Origin: a candidate division FCPU426 bacterium
Lineage (GTDB): Bacteria > Oederibacteriota > Muellerivitia > Muellerivitales > Muellerivitaceae
Direction: 5' to 3'
Length of the DNA: 64,000 bases
NCBI GenBank assembly: GCA_963771075.1
Contig: CAVYSE010000024.1
Location: 64,001 to 128,000 of the forward strand
Shown here: positions 11,486 through 21,638 of the stretch, piece after piece
How positions within the stretch are numbered: position 1 is the first letter of the stretch
How the letters are laid out: the number at the start of each line of letters is the position of its first letter
Notes under the pieces: generated by a model
The model's input: the letters and a program-made list of their open reading frames with translations, nothing else
What the model was told of the DNA's origin: nothing
Database searches by the model: none
Position numbers and translations under genes: made by a program

Positions 11486-12030
11486 AGGCAGTTGACAGTC
11501 GGCAGTTCACAGTTGGCAGGAAAAAAACCGCCAATGACAAATGGGGGCCCTACACCCGACCGGGTTTTTCTTCGCCATCTCCGCGTCTCCGCGGTAAAGT
11601 CTCATGCCATGAAACACGGCCTAATCTCGAAAGATACAGGTAATTCATAACCCTTTCCGAATTCTCTGTTGAAAAAATGATTTTGATTTAGAGACTATAA
11701 CAATACCTAATTTCACCACAGGCCGCCTTTGGCGGCCACATGCCGACCTTCCATAAACCCATTAAGGAGGTCGGTATAGTCCAGCTATCTTTGGCCCTAA
11801 GGGCCAAAGGGACAGAGGCACAGAGAAAAACCTTTCTAAATTCAAGGAATCTTAAACCCATTGTCCGGGTTTTCTCTGTCCCCTTTCGCCCAAAAGGCGA
11901 AAGGAATCGGGACAATACCGACCCCATTTTAAGTCTCATGGATGGTCGGCATGTGTCTCCGTGTCTCTGTGGTAAATATTGGGTTTTGTTTGAGATTCTT
12001 AGGTTTTAACAAAGGAACTCAAGGCGATTC

Positions 12031-13002
12031 ATGAAACTCGAACCCAATATCCATAAACCCGTCACCCTCACGACCTTTATTGAGCATAAAAGCTCGCTCA
12101 CCCTGCTCGATTACCTGGTCAATCGCTTTTCCTACCACACCCGCGAGGAGTGGCGCGAGCGTATCGCCCAGGGCAAGGTGAAAGTGAACGAACGCGTCCC
12201 CTCGGAAGGACAGCCCCTGCGCCCAGGGGACGAGGTGGCCTACACCACCGATTCGTGGGAAGAACCGGAGGTGAACAAAAACTACCGGGTCGCCTATGAG
12301 GATGACCAACTGCTGGCCCTCGCCAAGCCCTCGCCCCTTCCAGTGCACGCCATCGGGGCCTATTTCCAGAACACCCTCATGCATCTTTTACGGCAGGACC
12401 GGCCCGAGGCGAGGGATTACCACCTGGTCCACCGGCTGGACTCGGAAACGAGCGGACTCCTCCTCCTCGCCAAGGACAAGGAAACCCTGCAAAATCTGCA
12501 CAAACAATGGGATCGGGGCGGGGTGCGTAAGACCTACCATGCCCTCTGTTTCGGGTCCTTCGAACCCGCCGAAAGGCGGGTGGAGTTTCCGATCGGCCCC
12601 CTGGCGGGAAGCAAGGTGCGCATGAAATTAGGGGTGAATTTGGCGGAAGGCAAGCCGTCGATCACCGAGTTTAGGTGCCTTGAAAGGAAGAATAATTTCT
12701 CCAAGGTGGAGGCCCGGCCCATCACCGGGCGCACCCACCAGATCCGGGTGCATTTGGAAAACATCGGATTTCCCATCGTGGGCGACAAGCTTTATTCCGG
12801 GAGCGACGAGACCTTTTTGCGCTTCTACGAGCATGGCTGGGATGATTGGCTGAGGGAAAGGGTGATCCTGCCGCGAATGGCCCTGCACGCCTTTCGTCTT
12901 GATTTCATCCACCCCGCGACTGGGAAGCGGTTAATCCTTGAGGAACCAATGCCTGGGGATCTAAGCCATTTTTGGGGCTCGTTGGTCTCAAAACTGCCCT
13001 GA
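12031..13002 (+). CDS. RluA-family pseudouridine synthase with S4 domain
   Basis: HRLDSETSG, TGRTHQIRVH, PIVGDKLY, LHAFRL. Confidence 0.93.
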   Translation: MKLEPNIHKPVTLTTFIEHKSSLTLLDYLVNRFSYHTREEWRERIAQGKVKVNERVPSEGQPLRPGDEVAYTTDSWEEPEVNKNYRVAYEDDQLLALAKPSPLPVHAIGAYFQNTLMHLLRQDRPEARDYHLVHRLDSETSGLLLLAKDKETLQNLHKQWDRGGVRKTYHALCFGSFEPAERRVEFPIGPLAGSKVRMKLGVNLAEGKPSITEFRCLERKNNFSKVEARPITGRTHQIRVHLENIGFPIVGDKLYSGSDETFLRFYEHGWDDWLRERVILPRMALHAFRLDFIHPATGKRLILEEPMPGDLSHFWGSLVSKLP

Positions 13003-13088
13003 AGGGGCAACGTGGGTTGAAATCGATTTGTTAAAATGGCTTATCGGATGAATCCTGAAACTCCGCGGAGCCGCAAAGGTGCCATGGG

Positions 13089-13271
13089 ATGAATAAAACA
13101 GTCAAAAAAATGAAATTGGGTGAGGAATCGCCAACAGACAACGCCATTTATTGGTTGAGCCGGCCAGCGGCTGAACGCATTGAGGCGGTGGAAACCTTAC
13201 GGAAGGAGTGTTATGGAGATTCAATCCGACTTCAAAGAATTGTTCGTATTGTTAAATCGCCACAAAGTTGA
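13089..13271 (+). CDS. Small protein paired with a nucleotidyltransferase-like gene
   Basis: YWLSRPAAERIEAVETLR; overlaps the next gene as in TA-like two-gene modules. Confidence 0.6.
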   Translation: MNKTVKKMKLGEESPTDNAIYWLSRPAAERIEAVETLRKECYGDSIRLQRIVRIVKSPQS

Positions 13272-13659
13272 GTGCATCATCGTCGGCTCCTACGCGCTCG
13301 CTTTCCATGGTGCTCCCCGAAATACGGGGGATATGGGTATTCTGGTTAGGCCCACACCGGGAAACGCCGTTCGTATGATAACCGTATTAAAGGATTTTGG
13401 TTTTGATTCTATGGGCCTCACCGATGGGGATTTTGACAAGCCCGGACAAATCATCCAATTGGGCGTTCCACCTTTCCGGGTCGATCTTCTCACTTCGATA
13501 TCGGGCGTGACCTGGGAAGAGGCCGATTCGGGAAAAGCGGCAGGCAAGTACGGGGATACGCCGGTTCATAACCTTGGCAGGGCCCAATTCGTCGCCAATA
13601 AACGCGCGAGCGGCAGGAAAAAGGACCTGGCTGACTTGGAAGCCATTGGCGAAGAATAG
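13213..13659 (+). CDS. Minimal nucleotidyltransferase-like protein (DUF6036-like)
   Basis: IVGSYALAFHGAPRNTGD and NKRASGRKKDLADL motifs. Confidence 0.7.
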   Translation: MEIQSDFKELFVLLNRHKVECIIVGSYALAFHGAPRNTGDMGILVRPTPGNAVRMITVLKDFGFDSMGLTDGDFDKPGQIIQLGVPPFRVDLLTSISGVTWEEADSGKAAGKYGDTPVHNLGRAQFVANKRASGRKKDLADLEAIGEE

Positions 13660-13826
13660 CGATTCATTAACAGGCTGATCCAAGATGGCTCAACTCCTCA
13701 CTCCAACTCCTAACTTTTAACTGCCTCTGTCCATCCTTGACATTGCGAGCGGGTAAATTAAAATACCGTTCCTTGCCTTTCCCTCTTACCGGTAGCCTGC
13801 CCTGAGTAAGCGCAGCGCATCGAAGG

Positions 13827-13913
13827 GCCCGAGTGGCGAAATTGGCAGACGCAATAGACTCAAAATCTATCGGGAGCAATCCCATGTCGGTTCAAGTCCG
13901 ACCTCGGGCACCA
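13827..13913 (+). tRNA. tRNA-Leu (CAA)
   Basis: GCCCGAG/CTCGGGC acceptor stem, anticodon arm ATAGA-CTCAAAA-TCTAT, long variable arm, GGTTCAAGTCC T-arm, CCA end. Confidence 0.96.
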
Positions 13914-14255
13914 ATTTTCTTTTTTCGTTCAACAAAAAAGCTAAAAAATAATTTTTCCTGTGAACTTCCGAACTTGTCGGAAGTTTTTTTGTTTGTGTCA
14001 ATGGCCCTCCCAATTGCGAATGACACGCATATGACAAGAATTTCGAAAGAAAAATCTATTGAGGTTATGTGTTTCGGAAAACATTTGTTTTGGGCGTGTA
14101 ATTAAAAATTATTCCCTACAAGACCATAGGGCTCAGTAGACTTTCTGTAACGTGTGCTGGTCGATTTTTTCCCTAATAAGCTTGTCAATTATGCTTGTGC
14201 GAAATTAGAATTTTTATGTTTGCATCTAAAGTTCTTTCGGGTAAAGGACAACGTA

Positions 14256-14519
14256 ATGAGAACTAAGGGATGTAGAAAACTAGGGGCCAAACTATTGACT
14301 GTTGGGTTGAATTCTGGAAAAGCGGAGCTGTTCCAGGAAGCGGTTGTGGAAATAGTAGAGCAACTTGGTGGGGTTGAAGCCTTTGCGAAGAAAGCGAAAA
14401 TGTCGGTACGGGAATTGAAAAGGGCCTTAGCTAGTCGAGAGGCCTTTCAAAGATGGGTGGATATAGCCAAGGTGGTAAAGGCTCTGAGTGAAAGCCGGAT
14501 GGCATTTTATGCAAAATGA
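14256..14519 (+). CDS. Small HTH protein resembling an addiction-module antidote
   Basis: EIVEQLGGVEAFAKKAKMSVRELKRAL pattern; adjacent to a TA pair. Confidence 0.45.
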   Translation: MRTKGCRKLGAKLLTVGLNSGKAELFQEAVVEIVEQLGGVEAFAKKAKMSVRELKRALASREAFQRWVDIAKVVKALSESRMAFYAK

Positions 14520-14541
14520 GCAAAATTTCCCGCTATTCAGG

Positions 14542-14561
14542 ATATAACAATAATGTTATAT
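14542..14561. promoter_or_regulatory. Operator palindrome of the TA operon
   Basis: ATATAACA-ATAA-TGTTATAT perfect inverted repeat just before the toxin ATG. Confidence 0.65.
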
Positions 14562-14568
14562 TTAATCC

Positions 14569-14916
14569 ATGAAGGTTGATCTGTTTAGAAGTTCATCGGG
14601 GCGGTCGCCCGTTGAGGATTTTATCAGTAACCTTTCTAAAGAGGATCAGGCCCTTTTTAAGACTATCCATGACGGGATAGAGCGGGAAGGCTTGAAATAT
14701 CCATACGTTATTTTCAAACCCTTAGAAGGGAAGCTCTGGGAGATCAAATTTAAGGGTTTGGACGGTTCTTACCGGATTGGCTATGTTTTGGTGACGGGGC
14801 CAAAGATGTTTTGGCTTCATGTTTTTAAAAAGAAAACGCAGAAGATATCCAGGCTGGACTTTGAGTTGGCCTGGAAGCGGATGAAGGAGATTTTGGAATA
14901 TGAAAAAAACTCATAA
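14569..14916 (+). CDS. RelE/HigB (Gp49-like) toxin
   Basis: GRSPVEDFI, KPLEGKLWEIK, YRI, LHVFKKKTQK. Confidence 0.85.
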   Translation: MKVDLFRSSSGRSPVEDFISNLSKEDQALFKTIHDGIEREGLKYPYVIFKPLEGKLWEIKFKGLDGSYRIGYVLVTGPKMFWLHVFKKKTQKISRLDFELAWKRMKEILEYEKNS

Positions 14917-15214
14917 ACCCTACACGGACGGAAAAGCCTTTTTCCACAAGTTGGAAAAAGACCCTGAAATTCGTATTTTGGTAAAACAGCAAGAAGAAAA
15001 GTTTCGCCTTGCCACTGCGATCAAAAGAGCCCGAGAACATGCAGGATTAAGCCAAGTTGCTTTGGCTAAGAAAATTGGAACCAAACAAAGCGCAATTTCT
15101 CGTGCGGAAAGCGGTGTTTACCGCTCGGTGCCTTCCTTGAGTTTCCTACAGAAAATTGCGGCGGCCTGCGGGGCTCATTTAGGCATTACATTTGATTTCC
15201 GTAAGGCCAGTTAG
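14900..15214 (+). CDS. XRE-family HTH antitoxin (HigA-like)
   Basis: AREHAGLSQVALAKKIGTKQSAISRAESG; lies downstream of the toxin. Confidence 0.85.
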   Translation: MKKTHKPYTDGKAFFHKLEKDPEIRILVKQQEEKFRLATAIKRAREHAGLSQVALAKKIGTKQSAISRAESGVYRSVPSLSFLQKIAAACGAHLGITFDFRKAS

Positions 15215-15348
15215 TATTTCATCGGCCTTCTTTTCCTTGAGCCCCAAAGCCCGCAAAGAGTGTACGCCATTAGTTTGGACGATGAATAAAGTCAATGATC
15301 TTATTCATTGGACCCCGATTTAAAAAGAGTATAATAAATTCAACCTAA

Positions 15349-15400
15349 GGGGATGGAGTTCTCCCAAAACCGCCAATTCAATTGGACGATGACTCCTACT
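15349..15400 (+). ncRNA. Fluoride (crcB) riboswitch
   Basis: GGGGATGGAGTTCTCCC...AACCGC...GATGACTCCTAC matches the known consensus, including the GGAGT/ACTCC pseudoknot; TATAAT at 15330 upstream; crcB and eno downstream. Confidence 0.88.
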
Positions 15401-15440
15401 GCATGATGAAACATGCGGTGGGGCCATGTACTAACAAGTC

Positions 15441-15466
15441 AAACCCGCCGCCCGGCGGGTTTTTTT
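15441..15466 (+). terminator. Intrinsic terminator (riboswitch expression platform)
   Basis: AAACCCGCCG-CC-CGGCGGGTTTTTTT between the aptamer and the first CDS. Confidence 0.8.
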
Positions 15467-15510
15467 ATTTCCCGCCCTTTCATCCTGCAAGTAAATCTTG
15501 GAGGCGGGAT

Positions 15511-16728
15511 ATGACCCACGTTTGGGCGGAAGCTACGTTGTGGATCGGGTTGGCGCTGGTCGCAGTACTCATTTCCATCTGGCTAAAAATTGCCACAGCC
15601 TTATCGGAGATTGTGGTCGGTACGGTGGCACAACTGGTAATCGGGGCCTTAGTAGGTCAGGCTTTTTTAGGCACAAGCGAAAGTTGGATTACCTTCTTAG
15701 CGGGTGCGGGCTCCATCGTTCTGACTTTCCTGGCTGGGGCCGAGCTGGACCCGGTGGTGTTCAAGGCCAAGTGGAAGGAAGCTTCGCTTTTGGGGCTGGT
15801 GGCTTTTTTCGCTCCTTTCCTGGGATGCACGGCAGCCGCCTTTTACCTGCTTCACTGGAATCCTCAGGCCTCTTGGCTGGCTGGCGTAGCCCTTTCCACC
15901 ACCTCCGTGGCGGTAGTTTATGCCGTGATGCTGGAACTCGGATTAAACAAGACCGAATTCGGAAAAATCATCTTGGCCGCCTGTTTTATCAATGACCTTG
16001 CTACGGTCATCGCGCTTGGGCTTATCTTCGCGCCATTTACCCTCAAGACTCTCGTCTTCGTGGGTGTCAGCGTTCCTGTCTTTTTTATCCTTCCTTGGCT
16101 TACACCCCGGTTCTTTAAATTGTATGGTGACCGTCCCTCGGAATTGGAAACCAAATACCTCTTGTTCCTCATGTTTGGACTGGGGGCTTTGGCGACTTGG
16201 GCCGATAGCGAAGTAGTTCTTCCGGCCTACCTTATTGGAATGGTTTTGGCAGGAACAGTCGGCAAAGACCATGTCTTGGTACGCCGCTTGCGAACCGTAA
16301 CTTTTGGACTGCTGACGCCGTTTTATTTCATTCGGGCAGGTTCCTTCGTATCAGTTCCCGCCCTGGTGGCCGCTCCCCTGGCTTTCGTGGTCCTGCTTTT
16401 GGCAAAGATGGGAAGTAAGTTTGTGGGTGTTTTTCCCGTCACGAAATACCAGGGTTATGCCCATAAAGAAGGAATGTACACAACCCTTCTGATGTCCACG
16501 GGGCTCACCTTTGGCACCATTTCAGCATTGTTTGGATTATCACACCACGTTATCGACCAAACCCAATATTCGTTTTTGGTGGCTACCGTTATTTTGAGTG
16601 CGGTAGTGCCGACGCTTATCGCCAACGCCTATTTCTTACCGCACTATCTTTTGCCTAAAGTCCACAAACCTGAGGCTGAAGTCGTTCCATTGGCCCCAAA
16701 TAACTCAGAAAACGGAGGCGCTTTATGA
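15511..16728 (+). CDS. Cation:proton antiporter (CPA2/Kef-like)
   Basis: About 12 TM segments, LTFLAGAELD, ALSTTSVAVV, FINDL. Confidence 0.88.
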   Translation: MTHVWAEATLWIGLALVAVLISIWLKIATALSEIVVGTVAQLVIGALVGQAFLGTSESWITFLAGAGSIVLTFLAGAELDPVVFKAKWKEASLLGLVAFFAPFLGCTAAAFYLLHWNPQASWLAGVALSTTSVAVVYAVMLELGLNKTEFGKIILAACFINDLATVIALGLIFAPFTLKTLVFVGVSVPVFFILPWLTPRFFKLYGDRPSELETKYLLFLMFGLGALATWADSEVVLPAYLIGMVLAGTVGKDHVLVRRLRTVTFGLLTPFYFIRAGSFVSVPALVAAPLAFVVLLLAKMGSKFVGVFPVTKYQGYAHKEGMYTTLLMSTGLTFGTISALFGLSHHVIDQTQYSFLVATVILSAVVPTLIANAYFLPHYLLPKVHKPEAEVVPLAPNNSENGGAL

Positions 16729-17144
16729 TTCCCCAAAAAATCCTGGTGGCATTTGATGGTTCGATCCATTCCGAGAAATCTTTTCAATATGCCCTTGAGA
16801 CGGCTAAACGTTTTCAGGCTTCCTTGTTAGTGCTTTCCGTTGCCCCGATTCCAGAATTTGACATCGCTGTAGAGATGGAATCGGTGTTGGAATCCGCCCA
16901 AGAGCATTTCGAGGAGCAATTCAAGGATCTGAAAAAAAAGGCCGAAGTGGCTGGGGTTTCCTTGACTACGGAGGTCGTGGTTGGTCATCCCGCCGAACAC
17001 ATCATCCGAAAAGCAATTGATGAAAAAATCGATTTGATCGTTGTGGGTCATCGGGGCAAGAGCAAGATTGGCGAATGGCTCTTAGGATCGGTAGCTAAAC
17101 GCGTTTCTAGCTATGCTCCCTGTGCGGTCACGATAGTACGATAA
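16725..17144 (+). CDS. Universal stress protein
   Basis: KILVAFDGS, DLIVVGHRG, LLGSVAKRV. Confidence 0.92.
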   Translation: MIPQKILVAFDGSIHSEKSFQYALETAKRFQASLLVLSVAPIPEFDIAVEMESVLESAQEHFEEQFKDLKKKAEVAGVSLTTEVVVGHPAEHIIRKAIDEKIDLIVVGHRGKSKIGEWLLGSVAKRVSSYAPCAVTIVR

Positions 17145-17156
17145 AGGAGGCTGATA

Positions 17157-17537
17157 GTGAGCTTAAGCCAGTTTTTTTTCATCGTCACTGGTGCGTCCAT
17201 CGGGGCTTTGAGCCGTTTTGGTTTAGGTCTATGGGTGACCGCTAAATTAGGGTCGAATTTCGCTTATGGTACTTGGTTTATCAATTTGATCGGATCTTTT
17301 GTACTGGGATTATTTTTGACCCTTCACTTGGACAGGGGATTGTTCCATCCTAATGTTCGATATTTCGTGGCTGTCGGATGGTGTGCTTCCTTTACCACTT
17401 ATTCGACCTTCAGTTGGGAGACTTTCCGGTACTTCCAGGAAGGAGACTTTATGAGGGCGGGTTTGAATGTCACCTTGACCTTGGTAGGTTGTTTTTTGGC
17501 TTCATGGGGCGGTGTTGTTGTGGCAAGACTGTTGTAA
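17157..17537 (+). CDS. crcB: Fluoride channel Fluc/CrcB
   Basis: GASIGALSRF, GTWFINLIGSF, ASFTTYSTF; 4 TM. Confidence 0.92.
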   Translation: MSLSQFFFIVTGASIGALSRFGLGLWVTAKLGSNFAYGTWFINLIGSFVLGLFLTLHLDRGLFHPNVRYFVAVGWCASFTTYSTFSWETFRYFQEGDFMRAGLNVTLTLVGCFLASWGGVVVARLL

Positions 17538-17555
17538 AAAGAAGGAGGGCTCAAT

Positions 17556-17927
17556 ATGGACGTTATAGGTAAATGCAAGGTACTCCGCGTTTATGTGGAC
17601 GAAGAACTGAAGTGGAAAGGCAAACTCCTTTACAAAGCTATCGTGGATCGGTTGTTGGCGGAAAAAGTGACCGCTGGTGCGACGGTCTTCAAGTGTGTAG
17701 AGGGCTTTGGGTCTTCTTCACATCTTCACACCAGTCGTATCATTGAAGTCATGGAAGAATTGCCCATGATCATCGAAATAGTGGACAAGCCTAATCGAGC
17801 CTTGAAGGCCCTGAACATTATCGAGGAAATGCTTCCAAACCATTGCTTGGTGACAGTTCATGAAACCCAGGTGCTTCATTATCACAAGGCGGACGGCAAG
17901 CATACCAAGACGAAGAAGTGGAAATAA
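17556..17927 (+). CDS. DUF190 (PII-like) protein
   Basis: LRVYVDE, AGATVFKCVEGFG, LPMIIEIVD; usual crcB neighbour. Confidence 0.88.
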   Translation: MDVIGKCKVLRVYVDEELKWKGKLLYKAIVDRLLAEKVTAGATVFKCVEGFGSSSHLHTSRIIEVMEELPMIIEIVDKPNRALKALNIIEEMLPNHCLVTVHETQVLHYHKADGKHTKTKKWK

Positions 17928-17929
17928 AA

Positions 17930-19636
17930 ATGAAGGATTTTCCGGGTCAGGATGGCAATTCCACGCCAAGCCTCCCGAATGATTCTCGGACTATTTTTAC
18001 TGAAGCGGGGGATATCCTGTCATTTGCGGATTCCATCGCCCGCCGCTGGGGTATTTCAGTTCTTCTACCTCAAATCTATAATTTATCCGAATTTATAAAT
18101 GAATCCGATTCCGTGGATGTGGTCTTGTTGGGAAGATTCAAGGCGGGAAAAAGTTCAATCTTGAACGCCTTATTGGGCAGGAATATTTTTCCGGTCGATG
18201 TCCTGCCGGCAACTGCGGTCATAACCCGCGTGTCCGGCGGGTTGACTGATCACGTGAGTGTTTTGTACAGGGACGGGCACTTGGAAACGGTGCCCTTGAG
18301 TGAAATTAAAGAATATGTCACCGAAAGGGGAAACCCCCAAAATATCAGGAAAGTCGTTAGGGTTGAAGTTCGTGCGACTGGCTTGCGATCTTTTGGCGGG
18401 ATTCGGTGGGTGGATTCGCCTGGTCTCGGAAGCCTGCATGCAAGCAACACCGAAGCGACTTTGGATTGGCTCCCTAGGGTGGGAGCTGCCCTGGTGGCGG
18501 TAGCCGTGGATCAGCCTCTTGGCGAAGAAGATCGGGTTCTTCTTCGCAAACTGGAGGAACAAACCCCGTTTATTGTGATTCTTTTAACTAAGGCCGATCT
18601 AATATCTGGAGAACAATTGGAATCGGTCGTTCAATATGTCGATTCGCAATTGACAGAGAATTTTGAGAGGGAATTGCCAGTTTTTCCCGTTTCAACCCGA
18701 CCTGGGTACGAAGAATCCGTTTCAAGACTTAAAAACAGCCTCCAAGCCAGACTTGGAGGGAACCGCACCAGTGAAGAAAACAAGATTATCCTCTACAAAT
18801 TAGAAGCCATCCTGAAAAACTGCCGGGGTTACCTGGGGCTTTCACTCCGAGCCGCCCGTTCCGGGACTTTATCCGGGACGAAGCTTTCCCAAGCCATTGA
18901 AGAGGAATGGGTCTTCCTTTCCACTTTAGAGGATAATTTCCATCTGGTGGTGGATCAGTCAAGTCGTCGAATCCGGGAGTCTCTTGAGAGCTGTTTCGTT
19001 TCAAAGTCGCAGGAGTTGACCCGTAAGCTCCAAAGGGAATTGAAAGAGAAACTTTTGGGTTGGCGGGGAAATTTAGCCGAGGAAAGCAGGTGGTTTCAGG
19101 AATGGCTCGATTCCCAGTTGGTTTCCGAGTTGGACCGATTGGGCCGGGAAAACCAGGATGTTTGGAAGGTCCATGTCCGGAAAGTGGAGGGCGGTCTCAA
19201 CCGGGATCTCCAGGCCTTTGGGGACCGGATTTCGATCAAAATTAAGGAAGCCCTTCAATACGAATACGCCGGGACTTCCTTTGAGGCAAAGTCGACCCCT
19301 TTGGAAAAGCCAAGCACCCATCTTGACAGGGTATTTGATACGCCCTTTGAAATCATATGGTTCCTAATTCCAATGCCGGTCTTCCGGGTTCTGGTTCACA
19401 GGCATTTCATCAATTCCTTGCCGTGGCAGGTCGAAAAACATCTTTACCGTTTATCGTCGGAATGGACGGAGAGAATCATGGATTCCATCCAGGGAATGAT
19501 GGAAAAGGCCGGAAAGCATGTTCGGGACGAGTTGGAGTCCCTCGCGAACCTTTTGAAGGAAAGGATGGATGCAAGTGGAAGTATTGAGAAAGATTTGGGC
19601 CGATTAGGCGAGTTGGAGAGTTTAATCCGTTTATGA
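17930..19636 (+). CDS. Dynamin-family GTPase
   Basis: G1 GRFKAGKS, G2 PAT, G3 DSPG, G4 TKAD, then a long helical C-terminus. Confidence 0.85.
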   Translation: MKDFPGQDGNSTPSLPNDSRTIFTEAGDILSFADSIARRWGISVLLPQIYNLSEFINESDSVDVVLLGRFKAGKSSILNALLGRNIFPVDVLPATAVITRVSGGLTDHVSVLYRDGHLETVPLSEIKEYVTERGNPQNIRKVVRVEVRATGLRSFGGIRWVDSPGLGSLHASNTEATLDWLPRVGAALVAVAVDQPLGEEDRVLLRKLEEQTPFIVILLTKADLISGEQLESVVQYVDSQLTENFERELPVFPVSTRPGYEESVSRLKNSLQARLGGNRTSEENKIILYKLEAILKNCRGYLGLSLRAARSGTLSGTKLSQAIEEEWVFLSTLEDNFHLVVDQSSRRIRESLESCFVSKSQELTRKLQRELKEKLLGWRGNLAEESRWFQEWLDSQLVSELDRLGRENQDVWKVHVRKVEGGLNRDLQAFGDRISIKIKEALQYEYAGTSFEAKSTPLEKPSTHLDRVFDTPFEIIWFLIPMPVFRVLVHRHFINSLPWQVEKHLYRLSSEWTERIMDSIQGMMEKAGKHVRDELESLANLLKERMDASGSIEKDLGRLGELESLIRL

Positions 19637-19681
19637 GCCGGTTTTGGCATTGGGCGTTCATTACTTTTAAGGAGAAGTTAA

Positions 19682-20956
19682 ATGGCAAAGATATCCTCGG
19701 TTAAGGCAATGGAAATTTTGGACTCAAGGGGAAACCCGACAGTGAGGGTTTGGGCGGAATTGGAAAGCGGCGTGAAGGTTTCAGCTTCCGTGCCTTCCGG
19801 CGCTTCCACGGGAGAAAACGAAGCGGTAGAGCTTCGGGACGGGGACAAGAAACGCTTCGGCGGGAAAGGGGTCCTGAAAGCCGTTGAGAACGTGAACAAG
19901 GTGATTGCCTCGGCTATCAAGGGAATGGATGCGGAGCGGCAGGCGGAGTTGGACCGGCGCATGATCGAGTTGGATGGCACTCCCAACAAGGCCAAATTAG
20001 GGGCCAATGCCATCCTGGGGGTTTCCATGGCGGTGGCGCGGGCGGCGTCGGTCGAAGCCGAAATTCCCCTTTATTCATATCTTGGAGGAACGGGAGCCGT
20101 AAGGCTTCCAGTTCCCCAGATGAACATCCTCAATGGGGGTAAGCACGCGGACAACAGCGTTGACTTCCAGGAATTCATGGCTATGCCGATAGGCGCTCCC
20201 AATTTTACAGAAGCCCTTCGGTGGGGGGCCGAGGTTTTTCATGCCTTGAGGGGTATCTTGCACCAAAAGAAATATGCGACGGGGGTGGGGGATGAGGGTG
20301 GTTTCGCGCCGAATTTAAAAAGCAATGAGGAGGCTGTGGAGGTGATTGTCCAGGCCATCGAGGTGGCGGGCTATAAGCCGGGCAGGGATGTCGCCATAGC
20401 ACTGGACCCTGCGGCCAGTTCCTTTTACGAGAAAGGGGTTTATGCACTGACCAAGTCAGGGCAAGGGAACAAATCCAGCAAAGAAATGACCGAACTTTAC
20501 AAGGGATGGGTTGAGAAATTTCCCATTGTTTCCATCGAGGATGGGTTGGATGAGAACGATTGGGATGGTTTCAAGGAACATACGGCGGTCCTGGGGGGCA
20601 AGATCCAGATTGTTGGGGATGACATTTACGTTACGAACACGAAGTTTATCGCTCGTGGCATCAAAGAAAAAACCACCAATTCAGTACTGATAAAGCTCAA
20701 CCAGATTGGTACGGTCACGGAAACTATTGAGGCTATTCAACTCTGCCGCAAGGCTGGGTGGAGTTATGTCATCTCCCACAGGTCGGGGGAAACCGAGGAC
20801 GCCTTCATGGCGGATTTCGCGGTCGCCATGGGGGGTGGACAGATCAAGACCGGATCGGCTTGCCGGAGTGAAAGAATCGCTAAGTACAACCGTCTCTTGG
20901 AAATAGAAGCCGAATTAGGCAAATCTGCGGTCTTCGGTAATCCATTCAAGGAATAG
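19682..20956 (+). CDS. eno: Enolase
   Basis: [45 protein letters not shown]. Confidence 0.97.
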   Translation: MAKISSVKAMEILDSRGNPTVRVWAELESGVKVSASVPSGASTGENEAVELRDGDKKRFGGKGVLKAVENVNKVIASAIKGMDAERQAELDRRMIELDGTPNKAKLGANAILGVSMAVARAASVEAEIPLYSYLGGTGAVRLPVPQMNILNGGKHADNSVDFQEFMAMPIGAPNFTEALRWGAEVFHALRGILHQKKYATGVGDEGGFAPNLKSNEEAVEVIVQAIEVAGYKPGRDVAIALDPAASSFYEKGVYALTKSGQGNKSSKEMTELYKGWVEKFPIVSIEDGLDENDWDGFKEHTAVLGGKIQIVGDDIYVTNTKFIARGIKEKTTNSVLIKLNQIGTVTETIEAIQLCRKAGWSYVISHRSGETEDAFMADFAVAMGGGQIKTGSACRSERIAKYNRLLEIEAELGKSAVFGNPFKE

Positions 20957-20966
20957 GGGAAGGCCT

Positions 20967-21638
20967 TTGGAAAAACACACTCCATACTTCAAGGTTTTGG
21001 AAACCATTCAAAAAAGCCGGGATTGCGGGTTGTGTGTTCTGGAAAAGGGAGCGGTTCATTCCTATTTTGAGGCATTCCTTTACGAGAATGTGAATGACCA
21101 TGGTGCCCGCGAAGCCTTGCGGGCTTCCAGGGGTTGGTGCCCGTTTCATGCACACCACTTGATTGGATTCCACGACACCCTTGCACTTTCCATCCTCTTC
21201 AAAGAACAGGCGCTCCTTGCCGGGTATTTTCTTGAGAAACAGATGGAGAAAACACACTTCTTTTCAGAATGGGTCAGCCATGCAAAGTGTCCTGCGTGTA
21301 TCCAAACCATACAGATACGACAGCATTACCTTGCTATCTTGGTGAAGGGATTAATAGAGGAAGAGGAAATGCGTTCGGCTTTTTTTGGGAATTTTCATGT
21401 CTGCCTCAATCATTTTATGTTGGTAGTGGACGCGCTGTCGGACGATGCCTTCAAGAGGCAATTGGTGGACCGGATGTGGCAACGCCTAGCCGATTTGGCT
21501 GGACGACTGGAACAATATTGCCAGGACTGCCAGATAAACGCGGCGGGTGAAACTTTCGATTCACCCCACCGCTATGCTTGGAAGGAAGCTGTTGAGACAG
21601 TTGCCGGGTTGAAAGACGTTTTCGAGTCGCCGTTGTAA
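20967..21638 (+). CDS. DUF6062-like Cys/His protein
   Basis: Two CxxC...CxxH units (CGLC..GWCPFH; CPAC..VCLNH). Confidence 0.65.
   Translation: MEKHTPYFKVLETIQKSRDCGLCVLEKGAVHSYFEAFLYENVNDHGAREALRASRGWCPFHAHHLIGFHDTLALSILFKEQALLAGYFLEKQMEKTHFFSEWVSHAKCPACIQTIQIRQHYLAILVKGLIEEEEMRSAFFGNFHVCLNHFMLVVDALSDDAFKRQLVDRMWQRLADLAGRLEQYCQDCQINAAGETFDSPHRYAWKEAVETVAGLKDVFESPL

Noticed and set aside
13833..14105. 90-aa ORF
   Set aside because: It overlaps tRNA-Leu and is spurious.
15382..15510. N-terminal extension of the antiporter
   Set aside because: It overlaps the riboswitch and terminator; the RBS supports ATG 15511.
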